Shown here: positions 28,954-37,706 of the stretch, one piece after another
Layout of the letters: each line of letters opens with the position of its first letter
Position numbering within the stretch: the stretch's first letter is position 1
Origin: Nitrospirae bacterium JdFR-86
Lineage (GTDB): Bacteria; Nitrospirota; Thermodesulfovibrionia; Thermodesulfovibrionales; JdFR-86
Assembly (NCBI GenBank): GCA_002011815.1
Contig: MTOV01000002.1
Span: forward strand, 3,246 to 67,245
Length of the DNA stretch: 64,000 nucleotides
Direction: 5' to 3'
Notes under the pieces: generated by a model
The model's input: the letters and a program-made list of their open reading frames with translations, nothing else
What the model was told of the DNA's origin: nothing
Databases searched by the model: none
Translations under genes and position numbers: made by a program

Positions 28954-30900
28954 ATGAAAACCAAAGTTAAAACAAAAACTGAATATAAGGGGAGGAAGAA
29001 GTCCTCGGGGCTCACAGATAAATTCTTTAAGACCATTCTTGACAGTATAAACGACACAATCTCCATCATTAATGTTCGTGATTTCAGAATAACCGCAGTC
29101 AACAGTGTTTTTCTTAAAGAATTCAAGCTGAAAGAAGAGGAAGTCATAGGGAAGACCTGTTACGAAGTAACCCACCACCGGACCGAACCGTGCACACCGC
29201 CGGACAATACCTGCCCCCTTCTTGAGACCCTCAAGACCGGCAAACACTCAAAAACCGAGCATATACATTACGACAAGAATGGTGAAAAAACATATGTAGA
29301 GGTCTCTACATCGCCGATATACGATGGAAACGGAAAGATTATACAGGTCGTCCATGTAGCCAGAAACATCACCGAGCGCAAAAAGGCAGAGGAGGCGCTG
29401 TCGCGGGAGTTAAGAGTCAACTCGGCAATAGCCGAGCTGTCCAGCGCACTCATCTCAACGATGTCGATTGATGACCTTTCATACATAGTGCAGGAGAAAG
29501 CCAAGAGTCTTACGGACAGCACGCTCGGTTATGTAGGCTATATTGACCCGCACACAGGTTATCTTATCTGTCCCACGCTTACCAAAGACATCTGGGAGAC
29601 CTGTCAGGTTACAGCTAAAGGCACAGTGTTTGAGAAGTTCGCCGGTTTGTGGGGGTGGGTATTAGAAAACCGCAAACCTCTCCTGACCAACACACCAGCC
29701 GATGACCCGCGGTCATCAGGAATTCCGCAAGGGCACATACCAATCAAACGATTTCTGTCTGCCCCTGCACTCATTGGTGAAATGCTCGTCGGACAGGTGG
29801 CAGTAGCCAACGCAGAGCGTGACTACACTGAACGGGACCTTGAAATGATAGAACGCCTTGCTGCACTTTATGCAGTAGCCGTCCAGCGAAAATGGGCAGA
29901 GGAAGAATTAAAAACCCACCGCGACAACCTTGAGTACATGGTAAGGGAACGCACTGCAAAACTAACTACTGCCAATAAGCGCCTTAAGCTCGAAATTACC
30001 GAACGCAAACAGGCAGAAAAAGAACTGAAAGAATCAGAAGACAAATTCAAAAGTCTGGCTGAGGAATCACTGGTCGGTGTTTATCTCATACAGGACGGGT
30101 TGTGCAAGTATGTTAATCCGAGGTTAGCCGAAATATTCGGCTATACAGTAAAGGAACTGATAGACAAAAAAGGTCCCAAGGATGTAGTTCTGCCCGAGGA
30201 CTGGCCGATTGTCGAGAAAAATCTCAGAAAACGGATATCAGGCAAGGTCAAATCCATCCATTACGAGTTCAGGGGAGTGAGAAAGGATGGAGAGGTTATA
30301 CATGTAGAGGTTTACGGTTCCCGGACAACATACAATGGCAAGCCAGCCATTATAGGGACCTTGCTGGACATCACCGAGCGCAAGAAAATGGAAGAGCTTC
30401 TTCTTCGGTCCAAGCAGGACTGGGAAGACACATTCAACACTATCACCGACATGGTCACCATTCATGACAAGGACTTCAATATAATACGCGCTAACAAGGC
30501 CGCTGAAAAAATACTCGGGCTGCCTTTTCTGGAAGTCAAAAAAGCAAAGTGCTATAAGTATTACCACGGAACAAACTGCCCTCCTGAAAATTGCCCCAGC
30601 TGCCAGTGTCTCAAGACAGGAAAGCCCACCACCTTTGAAATGTTTGAGCCTCATTTGAATATGTTTATTGAAATCAGAGCCATCCCACGCTTTAACAACA
30701 ATAACGAACTTGTAGGCTTAATCCATGTTGTCAGGGATATCACCGAGCGGAAAAAAATAGAGGATGAGCTTAATAAGAGAGTTGAAGACCTTGAAAGATT
30801 CTACGACCTGGCTGTGGACAGAGAACTCAAGATGAAGGAACTTAAGGAGGAGATAAGACGACTGAAAGCGGAACTTTCCCGCTACAAAGACAACTGCTAA
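28954..30900 (+). CDS. multi-domain sensor without recognisable output: Cys/His-PAS, GAF, PAS, Cys/His-PAS, C-terminal coiled coil
   Basis: 648 aa. PAS ends are marked by ITERKK motifs. The Cys/His motifs are CYEVTHHRTEPCTPPDNTCP and CYKYYHGTNCPPENCPSCQC. The GAF-like middle has PLLTNTPADDPR. The tail is FYDLAVDRELKMKELKEEIRRLKAEL. Confidence 0.75.
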   Translation: MKTKVKTKTEYKGRKKSSGLTDKFFKTILDSINDTISIINVRDFRITAVNSVFLKEFKLKEEEVIGKTCYEVTHHRTEPCTPPDNTCPLLETLKTGKHSKTEHIHYDKNGEKTYVEVSTSPIYDGNGKIIQVVHVARNITERKKAEEALSRELRVNSAIAELSSALISTMSIDDLSYIVQEKAKSLTDSTLGYVGYIDPHTGYLICPTLTKDIWETCQVTAKGTVFEKFAGLWGWVLENRKPLLTNTPADDPRSSGIPQGHIPIKRFLSAPALIGEMLVGQVAVANAERDYTERDLEMIERLAALYAVAVQRKWAEEELKTHRDNLEYMVRERTAKLTTANKRLKLEITERKQAEKELKESEDKFKSLAEESLVGVYLIQDGLCKYVNPRLAEIFGYTVKELIDKKGPKDVVLPEDWPIVEKNLRKRISGKVKSIHYEFRGVRKDGEVIHVEVYGSRTTYNGKPAIIGTLLDITERKKMEELLLRSKQDWEDTFNTITDMVTIHDKDFNIIRANKAAEKILGLPFLEVKKAKCYKYYHGTNCPPENCPSCQCLKTGKPTTFEMFEPHLNMFIEIRAIPRFNNNNELVGLIHVVRDITERKKIEDELNKRVEDLERFYDLAVDRELKMKELKEEIRRLKAELSRYKDNC

Positions 30901-31910
30901 TGAATAAAGAGATTGCTTGCAGAATGCTCGGTCAACATATAAACAGCTGGCAGTCCCTTCTCGATGCCCTGCCCCATCCAGTGTTCGTTCAAGATACGGA
31001 ATACAACATCGTAACGGCAAACAGAGCGTTCATCGGTCTCTATGGAAAAAACGGTGATGTCAGGGGCATGAAATGCTACCAGTTACTTCACGGGAAAGAC
31101 AAGCCGGTAAAGAACTGCCCTACGGTAAGAGTGCTGAAAACCGGAAATACGGAAAGGTCTGAAGTCCATGAAGACTCCAATGGGAGGGTTCTGCTCATGA
31201 TGACATCCCCCATAATTGAAGACAACAGCATTATAGGCATCGTCCATTCGTTCACGGACATAACAGAATTAAAAAAACGGGAACGCGCCCTCCAGAGAAC
31301 CAGGGAAGCCTTCCTCAACATGCTTGAGGACATACACGAGTCATACACGGAACTCGAAGACCTTTTTATAAAACTCATAAAGGCACTTGTTAATGCCTTG
31401 GATGCAAAGAGTCCGTGGACAAGAGGTCATTCCGAAAGGGTGGCATCATACGCAGAGCAGATTGCAAAAGAGATGGGGCTTGATGAAGACGAAATAAAAA
31501 ATCTTCAGCTCGCAGGACTTCTGCACGACATCGGGAAAATAGGCACTTACGATTCCCTTCTGGATAAGCCCGAAAAACTCACAGCCGAAGAGTTCGAAAT
31601 CGTAAAAAAGCACCCTGACCAGGGTGCGGCGATTCTTCAGGGAATAAAACAATTAGCAGACGTAATCCCCATAATCAGACATCACCATGAAAGGCTTGAC
31701 GGAAAGGGATACCCTGACGGGCTTAAAGGAGAAGAGATACCACTCAGTGCGAGAATTCTCCATGTGGCTGACTCATTCGACTCGATGACAGCAGACAGAC
31801 CATACAGACCATCCCCTGGCAGAGAATATGCCATATCCGAATTGAAAAAACACAGCGGCAGGCAGTTTGACCCTCAAGTGGTCGAGGCGTTCTTAAAAAT
31901 TATCGACTGA
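30900..31910 (+). CDS. Cys/His-PAS plus HD-GYP domain protein (putative c-di-GMP phosphodiesterase)
   Basis: 336 aa. It has CYQLLHGKDKPVKNCP, then HD-GYP hallmarks (GLLHDIGKI, HHHERLDGKGYPDGL). The start forms a TAATG overlap with the upstream gene. Confidence 0.8.
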   Translation: MNKEIACRMLGQHINSWQSLLDALPHPVFVQDTEYNIVTANRAFIGLYGKNGDVRGMKCYQLLHGKDKPVKNCPTVRVLKTGNTERSEVHEDSNGRVLLMMTSPIIEDNSIIGIVHSFTDITELKKRERALQRTREAFLNMLEDIHESYTELEDLFIKLIKALVNALDAKSPWTRGHSERVASYAEQIAKEMGLDEDEIKNLQLAGLLHDIGKIGTYDSLLDKPEKLTAEEFEIVKKHPDQGAAILQGIKQLADVIPIIRHHHERLDGKGYPDGLKGEEIPLSARILHVADSFDSMTADRPYRPSPGREYAISELKKHSGRQFDPQVVEAFLKIID

Positions 31911-31981
31911 TTGTTGTTAATATAGCTAAAATCAAGATGATAAGTTCCCGTTGTTTATTAACTTTTTCGTTTGGAAAAAGC

Positions 31982-32009
31982 TTGACACACCCTATCGGTG
32001 TGATATCTT
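31982..32009 (+). promoter_or_regulatory. candidate promoter (TTGACA, 16-nt spacer, extended -10 TGATATCTT)
   Basis: Read directly. It lies inside the TTG-started ORF extension, which supports ATG 32065 as the true start. Confidence 0.35.
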
Positions 32010-32064
32010 CTCATATAGGAGGCCTAACAATACGTTGCCACTTCGAAACAGAGGCATCTGGAAA

Positions 32065-33117
32065 ATGATACTAAGAAAGAAAGAGCTTTTAAAAATAGAA
32101 GACCCTTGTCTTTTGCTTCACAGCCTATCACAGACTTACCTCAAAAACGGTGCTTTTAAGAATGCACTGAATATCACTGTTCAGAAGACTAAAGAATTCT
32201 ACAGGTCAGATTTTGCAACGATATTTCTTTCTGAAGAAGATGGAAAAAACCTCACAATCGAAGCGGACTACGGACGCAAAAATAACAGAACCCACATAAA
32301 AATACCTATTAACTCCGGAACCCCCGAAGGATTTGTTTTTCTAAACAAACAATCTGCTGTAATCACAGACATTACAAAGGAAAGCCGTTTCAAGATAGCA
32401 GAACCAATCAGAAAAGACGGAGTAAAAAGCGGCATTTGGGCGCCTATGATTGTAGATAACCATCAAGCTCTGGGGGTTATCAGTGTCTGTTACAAAAAGA
32501 CAATAGACGTGCCAGCGTTTGTCGTATGGTTTCTGGAAACAATTGCAAACAGTCTTGCGGTTTACATCAAAAAAGAGAAGACTTTGCAGGAGGCTATGCA
32601 AACAAATACCTTTCTCACCTCAGTTCTTGAAGGAATGGGAGAAGGGGTCGTTGTCGTAGACCGGGATTTCAAAATCCTCAGGGCAAACAAAAGCTACTGC
32701 ACTAAGGTCAAGATGAGCTGCAGTGAAATAGTAGGCAGGTATTGCTATGAAATTTCTCATCATCTGTCAAAGCCGTGCTACGAGGCAGGCGAGGAATGCC
32801 CTGTAAAAGCAGCCTTTGAGACAGGTTACAGCCGCAGGGTAGTGCATACACATCTCGACAAAGAGAACAAACCCACTTACTTGGAAATCATTTCATATCC
32901 CTTAAAGAACATGGCGGGCAATATAACATCTGCAATCGAAGTGTTTACAGATGTTACTGAAAGGGTTGCCCTTGAAGAAGAGCTGAACAAAAAAATAAAA
33001 GACCTTGAAGAATTCTATGACATGGCAGTGGACAGAGAACTGAAGATGATAGAGCTCAAAGAGGAGATACAGCGTCTCAGAGAAGAGTTAGAAAATCTAA
33101 AAAAGGAAAAGCAGTGA
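32065..33117 (+). CDS. GAF plus Cys/His-PAS sensor with C-terminal coiled coil, no output domain
   Basis: I prefer the start at MILRKKELL over TTG 31951. The PAS domain has CYEISHHLSKPCYEAGEECP. The tail FYDMAVDRELKMIELKEEIQRLREEL is paralogous to the tail of the 28954 gene. Confidence 0.7.
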   Translation: MILRKKELLKIEDPCLLLHSLSQTYLKNGAFKNALNITVQKTKEFYRSDFATIFLSEEDGKNLTIEADYGRKNNRTHIKIPINSGTPEGFVFLNKQSAVITDITKESRFKIAEPIRKDGVKSGIWAPMIVDNHQALGVISVCYKKTIDVPAFVVWFLETIANSLAVYIKKEKTLQEAMQTNTFLTSVLEGMGEGVVVVDRDFKILRANKSYCTKVKMSCSEIVGRYCYEISHHLSKPCYEAGEECPVKAAFETGYSRRVVHTHLDKENKPTYLEIISYPLKNMAGNITSAIEVFTDVTERVALEEELNKKIKDLEEFYDMAVDRELKMIELKEEIQRLREELENLKKEKQ

Positions 33118-35252
33118 GATTTAAAATCCCGTTTACAGCCAGCCTGATAGGGGCGCTGACCGGTTACCTCATACTTTCGCCGTTTACAATGTATGTCTCT
33201 CATGTTGTGCACAGGTATCAGTCGCCTACTGATATGAGCGTTTATAAAGTCTTTCTGCCTGAGTTCTGGCAATGGGCAGTGTTTTTTGTGATTTTCGGCA
33301 GCATTGCAGGTCTTGTCATAGGCATGCTCTACAAGAGTATAAGAGAGCGGACATCGGAAATCAGAGAGACAAAAAATTACATGGAAATGCTTTTCAACAG
33401 CGTCGCCGACGGGATAATAACCATTGACCGACAGTATAGAATCAAAAACGCCAACAAGGCATTCCTTGATATGACAGGCTCCACCCGCAACAAGGTAATA
33501 GGCGAATATTGCTACAAAGTCTTCCATAGAAAGGATAAGCCGTGCAGCGGCGCTGAATACAGCTGCCACCTTAACGATGTCTTTGAATCAGGAAAATCCA
33601 TGACAGCCGTTCATACGCATCAGGACAGAAAAGGCAATTTAATACTTACCGAGATCACATGGCATCCACTCAAAGGCAAGGAAGACCAAATACCGCAGAC
33701 TGTCGCCATCATAAGGGACATAACCATGCGTAAAAAAAATGAAGCAGACCTAAAAGCCGCTTTGGCTTACGCCGAAAGCATCGTTGAAACCATACACGAA
33801 CCACTTATTGTTCTTAATGCGGACTTTCGCGTCGTATCGGCAAATCGTGCATTTTATGAAACCTTTATGGTTGCCCCGGAAGAGACAGAAAACAAGCTTA
33901 TTTACGAACTCGGCAACCGGCAGTGGGACATTCCAGAACTCAGAAGACTCCTCGAGGACATCATTCCCCAAAATACCAGTTTCAATGATTTCGAGGTCAC
34001 ATATAACCTCCCAAACGTCGGCACCAAAACACTACTGCTTAATGCCCGCCGCATCCGCCAGAAGGGAAAGGGCACCGACATGATACTGCTTGCTATCGAT
34101 GACATTACCGAACGCAAGCAGCTGGAGCAGAAGATAAAAGACTACACCTTGAATCTCGAAAACATGATAGAGGAAAGGACAAAGGAGCTTAAAGAGTCGG
34201 AGAAAAAACTCAGAAACATAATGGAAAGTGCTCCAATCGGTATTGTGGTGAGCACTCCCGAGGGTGAAATCATCGAGGCAAACCCTGCCATGCTTAAAAT
34301 GTTCGGCTATGACACGAAAGAAGAGTTCTTAACGCAACGGGCTCCTGACTGTTATTACAATCCGAAAGACAGGGAGCGTTTTATCGGACTCATCGAAAAG
34401 GGCATAGTCAGAGACTTTGAGGTGCAGTTTAAGCGCAAAGACGGCAGTATCTTCTGGGGGGCGATGAGCTCTATAACCCAGATGACCAAAACCGGAAAGA
34501 CTCAGTTCATCAACACAATACAGGACATCACCAAACGCAAACAGGCAGAACAATTAGCGCGCGAAGCACAGGAAGGACGCATTCGCGCTGAAAGACTCGC
34601 TGCCATCGGGAAACTCTCATCGGCAGTAGGACATGAATTAAGAAATCCCATTGGTGCCATAAACAATTCCATTTACTTCCTGAAAATGGTTTTAAAGGAG
34701 CCTTCTGAAAAAGTAAAAAAACACCTTGACATGATAGAGGAACAGGTAAAGTTGTCAAATGAAATAATTACCGACATGCTTGAGTTTGCAAGAGGAAGAG
34801 AACCTGTCATGGGAGACATCGACATCAACAACGTATTAAAGGAAAGCATTGCACAGGCTACCGTGGCAGAGAATATAGAAATCAAGACTAATCTCGACCC
34901 TTCTGCCCCAATCATAAAAGGCGACAGGACTCAACTCACTAGGGTATTCAACAACTTGATATCAAACGCCCTCGACGCCATGCCGCAGGGAGGAATGCTT
35001 TCGATAACCATCAGAGCAAATCCTAAGGACGCCTCCTTAGAAGCCGTATTTGAAGACAACGGCACAGGAATCGCCAAAGAGAACCTTAACAAGATATTCG
35101 AACCTTTGTTTTCCACAAAGACAAAAGGCATTGGTCTGGGGCTGAGTATATGCAAGATGTTCGTGGAAAAACATGGAGGGACAATTGAAGTCAGCAGTGA
35201 GATAGGAAAGGGCTCAACCTTCACTGTAAAGCTTCCGCTTAAGAAGGCTTAG
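33114..35252 (+). CDS. membrane-anchored PAS x3 sensor histidine kinase
   Basis: 712 aa. It has 2 N-terminal TM helices. The first PAS carries CYKVFHRKDKPCSGAEYSCH. The H-box is SAVGHELRNPI, and N/G1/G2 boxes are NLISNALDA, DNGTGI and GIGLGL. The start forms a GTGA overlap with the upstream stop. Confidence 0.85.
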   Translation: MRFKIPFTASLIGALTGYLILSPFTMYVSHVVHRYQSPTDMSVYKVFLPEFWQWAVFFVIFGSIAGLVIGMLYKSIRERTSEIRETKNYMEMLFNSVADGIITIDRQYRIKNANKAFLDMTGSTRNKVIGEYCYKVFHRKDKPCSGAEYSCHLNDVFESGKSMTAVHTHQDRKGNLILTEITWHPLKGKEDQIPQTVAIIRDITMRKKNEADLKAALAYAESIVETIHEPLIVLNADFRVVSANRAFYETFMVAPEETENKLIYELGNRQWDIPELRRLLEDIIPQNTSFNDFEVTYNLPNVGTKTLLLNARRIRQKGKGTDMILLAIDDITERKQLEQKIKDYTLNLENMIEERTKELKESEKKLRNIMESAPIGIVVSTPEGEIIEANPAMLKMFGYDTKEEFLTQRAPDCYYNPKDRERFIGLIEKGIVRDFEVQFKRKDGSIFWGAMSSITQMTKTGKTQFINTIQDITKRKQAEQLAREAQEGRIRAERLAAIGKLSSAVGHELRNPIGAINNSIYFLKMVLKEPSEKVKKHLDMIEEQVKLSNEIITDMLEFARGREPVMGDIDINNVLKESIAQATVAENIEIKTNLDPSAPIIKGDRTQLTRVFNNLISNALDAMPQGGMLSITIRANPKDASLEAVFEDNGTGIAKENLNKIFEPLFSTKTKGIGLGLSICKMFVEKHGGTIEVSSEIGKGSTFTVKLPLKKA

Positions 35253-35254
35253 AA

Positions 35255-36010
35255 ATGAGAATACTCATTGCAGATGATGACGCCTCTATGCGCGAGGGGT
35301 TAATTGACATACTCGAGGCATACGGCTATCAGGTGGACGGAGCGGTAAACGGAGCAGACGCAGTGGAAAAATGCAAAAACAATACATATGACTTGATATT
35401 CATGGACATGAAAATGCCAGTGATGAACGGAGTTCAAAGCTATAAGGAAATAAAGAAGATACTCCCTGAGGCGGTAGTTGTCATGATAACAGCGTATTTT
35501 CTCGAGGACCTGATAGCAGATGCATTAAAAGGCGGAGTATACGGCGTCCTTTATAAACCGCTCGACATTGACCGGATAGTGGAACTCATAGAGAACACGG
35601 ATAAAGGAGCGCTTGTAATGGTAGTAGACGACGACCCGAACACCCTCAGAACATTCAAGGACGTGCTCGAGAGAAAAGGACACCTCTGCTATACCGCCAA
35701 AGACGGCGAGGAAGCCATCCAGAGGGCAGAAGAGAAAAAATACAACATTATCTTCATAGACTTGAAACTTCCCACCATAAACGGGCTTGAGACATATCTG
35801 AGAATTCGGGAAGTAAACTCTAATGTCGTAGCGGTAATGATAACCGGATACAGAAAGGAAATGACAGGGCATATAGAGGAGGCGCTGAAAAGCACTGCCT
35901 ATACATGTCTGTACAAGCCATTTAACATGGACGATGTAATAAGGCTTGTCGAAGAGGTCTTAAAAAAGAAAGGGGGGATAAATAATGAAAAAAATCCTTT
36001 TAGTAGATGA
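35255..36010 (+). CDS. tandem double-receiver (REC-REC) response regulator without output domain
   Basis: 251 aa. Two receiver units are present: ILIADDD..FMDMKMP..YKPLD and VMVVDDD..FIDLKLP..YKPF. Confidence 0.8.
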   Translation: MRILIADDDASMREGLIDILEAYGYQVDGAVNGADAVEKCKNNTYDLIFMDMKMPVMNGVQSYKEIKKILPEAVVVMITAYFLEDLIADALKGGVYGVLYKPLDIDRIVELIENTDKGALVMVVDDDPNTLRTFKDVLERKGHLCYTAKDGEEAIQRAEEKKYNIIFIDLKLPTINGLETYLRIREVNSNVVAVMITGYRKEMTGHIEEALKSTAYTCLYKPFNMDDVIRLVEEVLKKKGGINNEKNPFSR

Positions 36011-36344
36011 CGACCGTGGAATCAGGGAATCCTTAAAAGATATACTTGAAAAGAAAGGCTATATGGTTGACTTCGCCACCAACGGAATAGAAGGAATGGA
36101 ATTGTTCAAAAAACATCGGCACCCTGTAGTTCTTGTAGACCTCGTGATGCCAGGACTTGACGGCAAAGGGCTTCTAAATGAAATCAAAAGAATCCAGCCG
36201 GAAACAAGTGTAATTGTGATTACCGGCTACAGGATTATAGGCAAAATGATCGAGACCCTGAGAAAAGACATCGTCTGTGTAATGGAAAAACCGCTTGATA
36301 TCGATTCTCTTCTTGAACGCATTGAAGAACTGCTGAAAGAATAA
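35985..36344 (+). CDS. single-domain (CheY-like) response regulator
   Basis: 119 aa with ILLVDDD, VLVDLVMPGLDG and EKPLD. An AAAGGGGGG Shine-Dalgarno is present. The gene overlaps the upstream gene by 26 nt. Confidence 0.8.
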   Translation: MKKILLVDDDRGIRESLKDILEKKGYMVDFATNGIEGMELFKKHRHPVVLVDLVMPGLDGKGLLNEIKRIQPETSVIVITGYRIIGKMIETLRKDIVCVMEKPLDIDSLLERIEELLKE

Positions 36345-37627
36345 TGGGGGATACAAGACCTAAAACCATATCTTGGTTAGCGGCTTCCATTGCCCTTCTG
36401 GGCTGGCTCATGCTCGGAGCCTATATTATCTATGAGTATAAAGAATATGGCTCTTACGTCATAAACCATTTTCTGTCCCCAAAGCCTACTGACATTATAT
36501 TCCATCTTTTAATGTTATTTATTCCTCTTATTTTTACTCTTATGGGTTATCTTGTAAACGAAAGAGCAATATTTCTTAAGAAAACCCTTCAGTCTGAAAA
36601 AAAGCTTGAACAGGTGTTGTCCGAGTGGAAAATGATTATTGATTCCATGCCTATTGGCGTCATGCTTATCGACAAGGATTTCAGCATTATCAGAGCTAAT
36701 GCCTATATTTCCAAGCTTACAGGAATATCTACCAAGGAGCTGGTATCCAAAAAGTGTTATGAGGTAATACACAAGCAGGACAAGGCAATAAACAACTGCC
36801 CGCTGGTTAAATCCATGGAAACACTTACTGGAGAGACACTCGAATATTATGACTCTGAACTCAAAAAATTTTTAAGGGTATACTGCTCGCCTCTTTTTGA
36901 TGAAAATGGCTCTATAAAGGCTTTTGTACACTCTTTTGTTGACATCACGGATCTGAAGGAAAAAGAAAGGAAACTTACAGAAAGCCGCAACGCCTTCCTA
37001 AACATGCTCAAAGACCTTGATATGTCTGTAAAAGAGCTAAGGGGACTGCTTAATGACCTTGTGCTTGCCTTTGCAAACGCTATTGATGCCAAAAGCCACT
37101 GGACAAAAGGTCATTCTGAAAGAGTTGCAAGATACGCTGCAGAAATCGCAAAAGAGATGGGCTTAAGAGAAAAAGAAATAGAAACATTGAAAACAGCAGC
37201 ACTTCTTCATGACATAGGCAAGATAGGCACATACGATGTAATACTTGACAAGCCTGAAAAACTCAGTCCGGAGGAAGCCGCACTTGTCAAACAGCATCCT
37301 GTCAAGGGCGTGGAAATATTAACGCCTATAAAGAAACTTCAGGATATTCTGCCGATAATCAAGCATCACCATGAAAGGATAGACGGAAAAGGATACCCTG
37401 ACGGGCTTAAAGGAGAAGAGATCCCACTCAGTGCAAGAATTCTTCATGTGGCTGACTCATTCGACTCGATGACAGCAGACAGACCATACAGACCATCCCC
37501 TGGCAGAGAATATGCCATATCCGAACTGAAAAAACACAGCGGCACTCAGTTTGACCCACAAGTAGTAGAGGCGTTCCTGAGGATTCTGAACAGACAAAAA
37601 CACAACTCTGCGGACAGTTCAGAATAA
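36344..37627 (+). CDS. membrane-anchored Cys/His-PAS plus HD-GYP protein (putative c-di-GMP phosphodiesterase)
   Basis: 427 aa. It has 2 TM helices, CYEVIHKQDKAINNCP, ALLHDIGKI and HHHERIDGKGYPDGL. The 3' approximately 210 nt are nearly identical to those of the gene at 30900. Confidence 0.8.
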   Translation: MGDTRPKTISWLAASIALLGWLMLGAYIIYEYKEYGSYVINHFLSPKPTDIIFHLLMLFIPLIFTLMGYLVNERAIFLKKTLQSEKKLEQVLSEWKMIIDSMPIGVMLIDKDFSIIRANAYISKLTGISTKELVSKKCYEVIHKQDKAINNCPLVKSMETLTGETLEYYDSELKKFLRVYCSPLFDENGSIKAFVHSFVDITDLKEKERKLTESRNAFLNMLKDLDMSVKELRGLLNDLVLAFANAIDAKSHWTKGHSERVARYAAEIAKEMGLREKEIETLKTAALLHDIGKIGTYDVILDKPEKLSPEEAALVKQHPVKGVEILTPIKKLQDILPIIKHHHERIDGKGYPDGLKGEEIPLSARILHVADSFDSMTADRPYRPSPGREYAISELKKHSGTQFDPQVVEAFLRILNRQKHNSADSSE

Positions 37628-37670
37628 AGGCGCACAAGGCACACAGCACTCTTATAGATACGCGCTCTCA

Positions 37671-37699
37671 TTGAAATAATAGCAGAGGTTATTTATTAT
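37671..37699 (+). promoter_or_regulatory. near-consensus promoter TTGAAA-17-TATTAT, ending 7 nt before the secA ATG
   Basis: Read directly. No Shine-Dalgarno is present, and the geometry implies a leaderless or near-leaderless secA mRNA. Confidence 0.45.
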
Positions 37700-37706
37700 A
37701 AATTAT

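Noticed and set aside
30560-30620. The Cys cluster CPPENCPSCQC in the last PAS of the first sensor was considered as a c-type heme (CxxCH) site.
   Set aside because: No His follows the CxxC pair, and the protein has no signal peptide. I interpret it as a variant of the Cys/His PAS motif instead.
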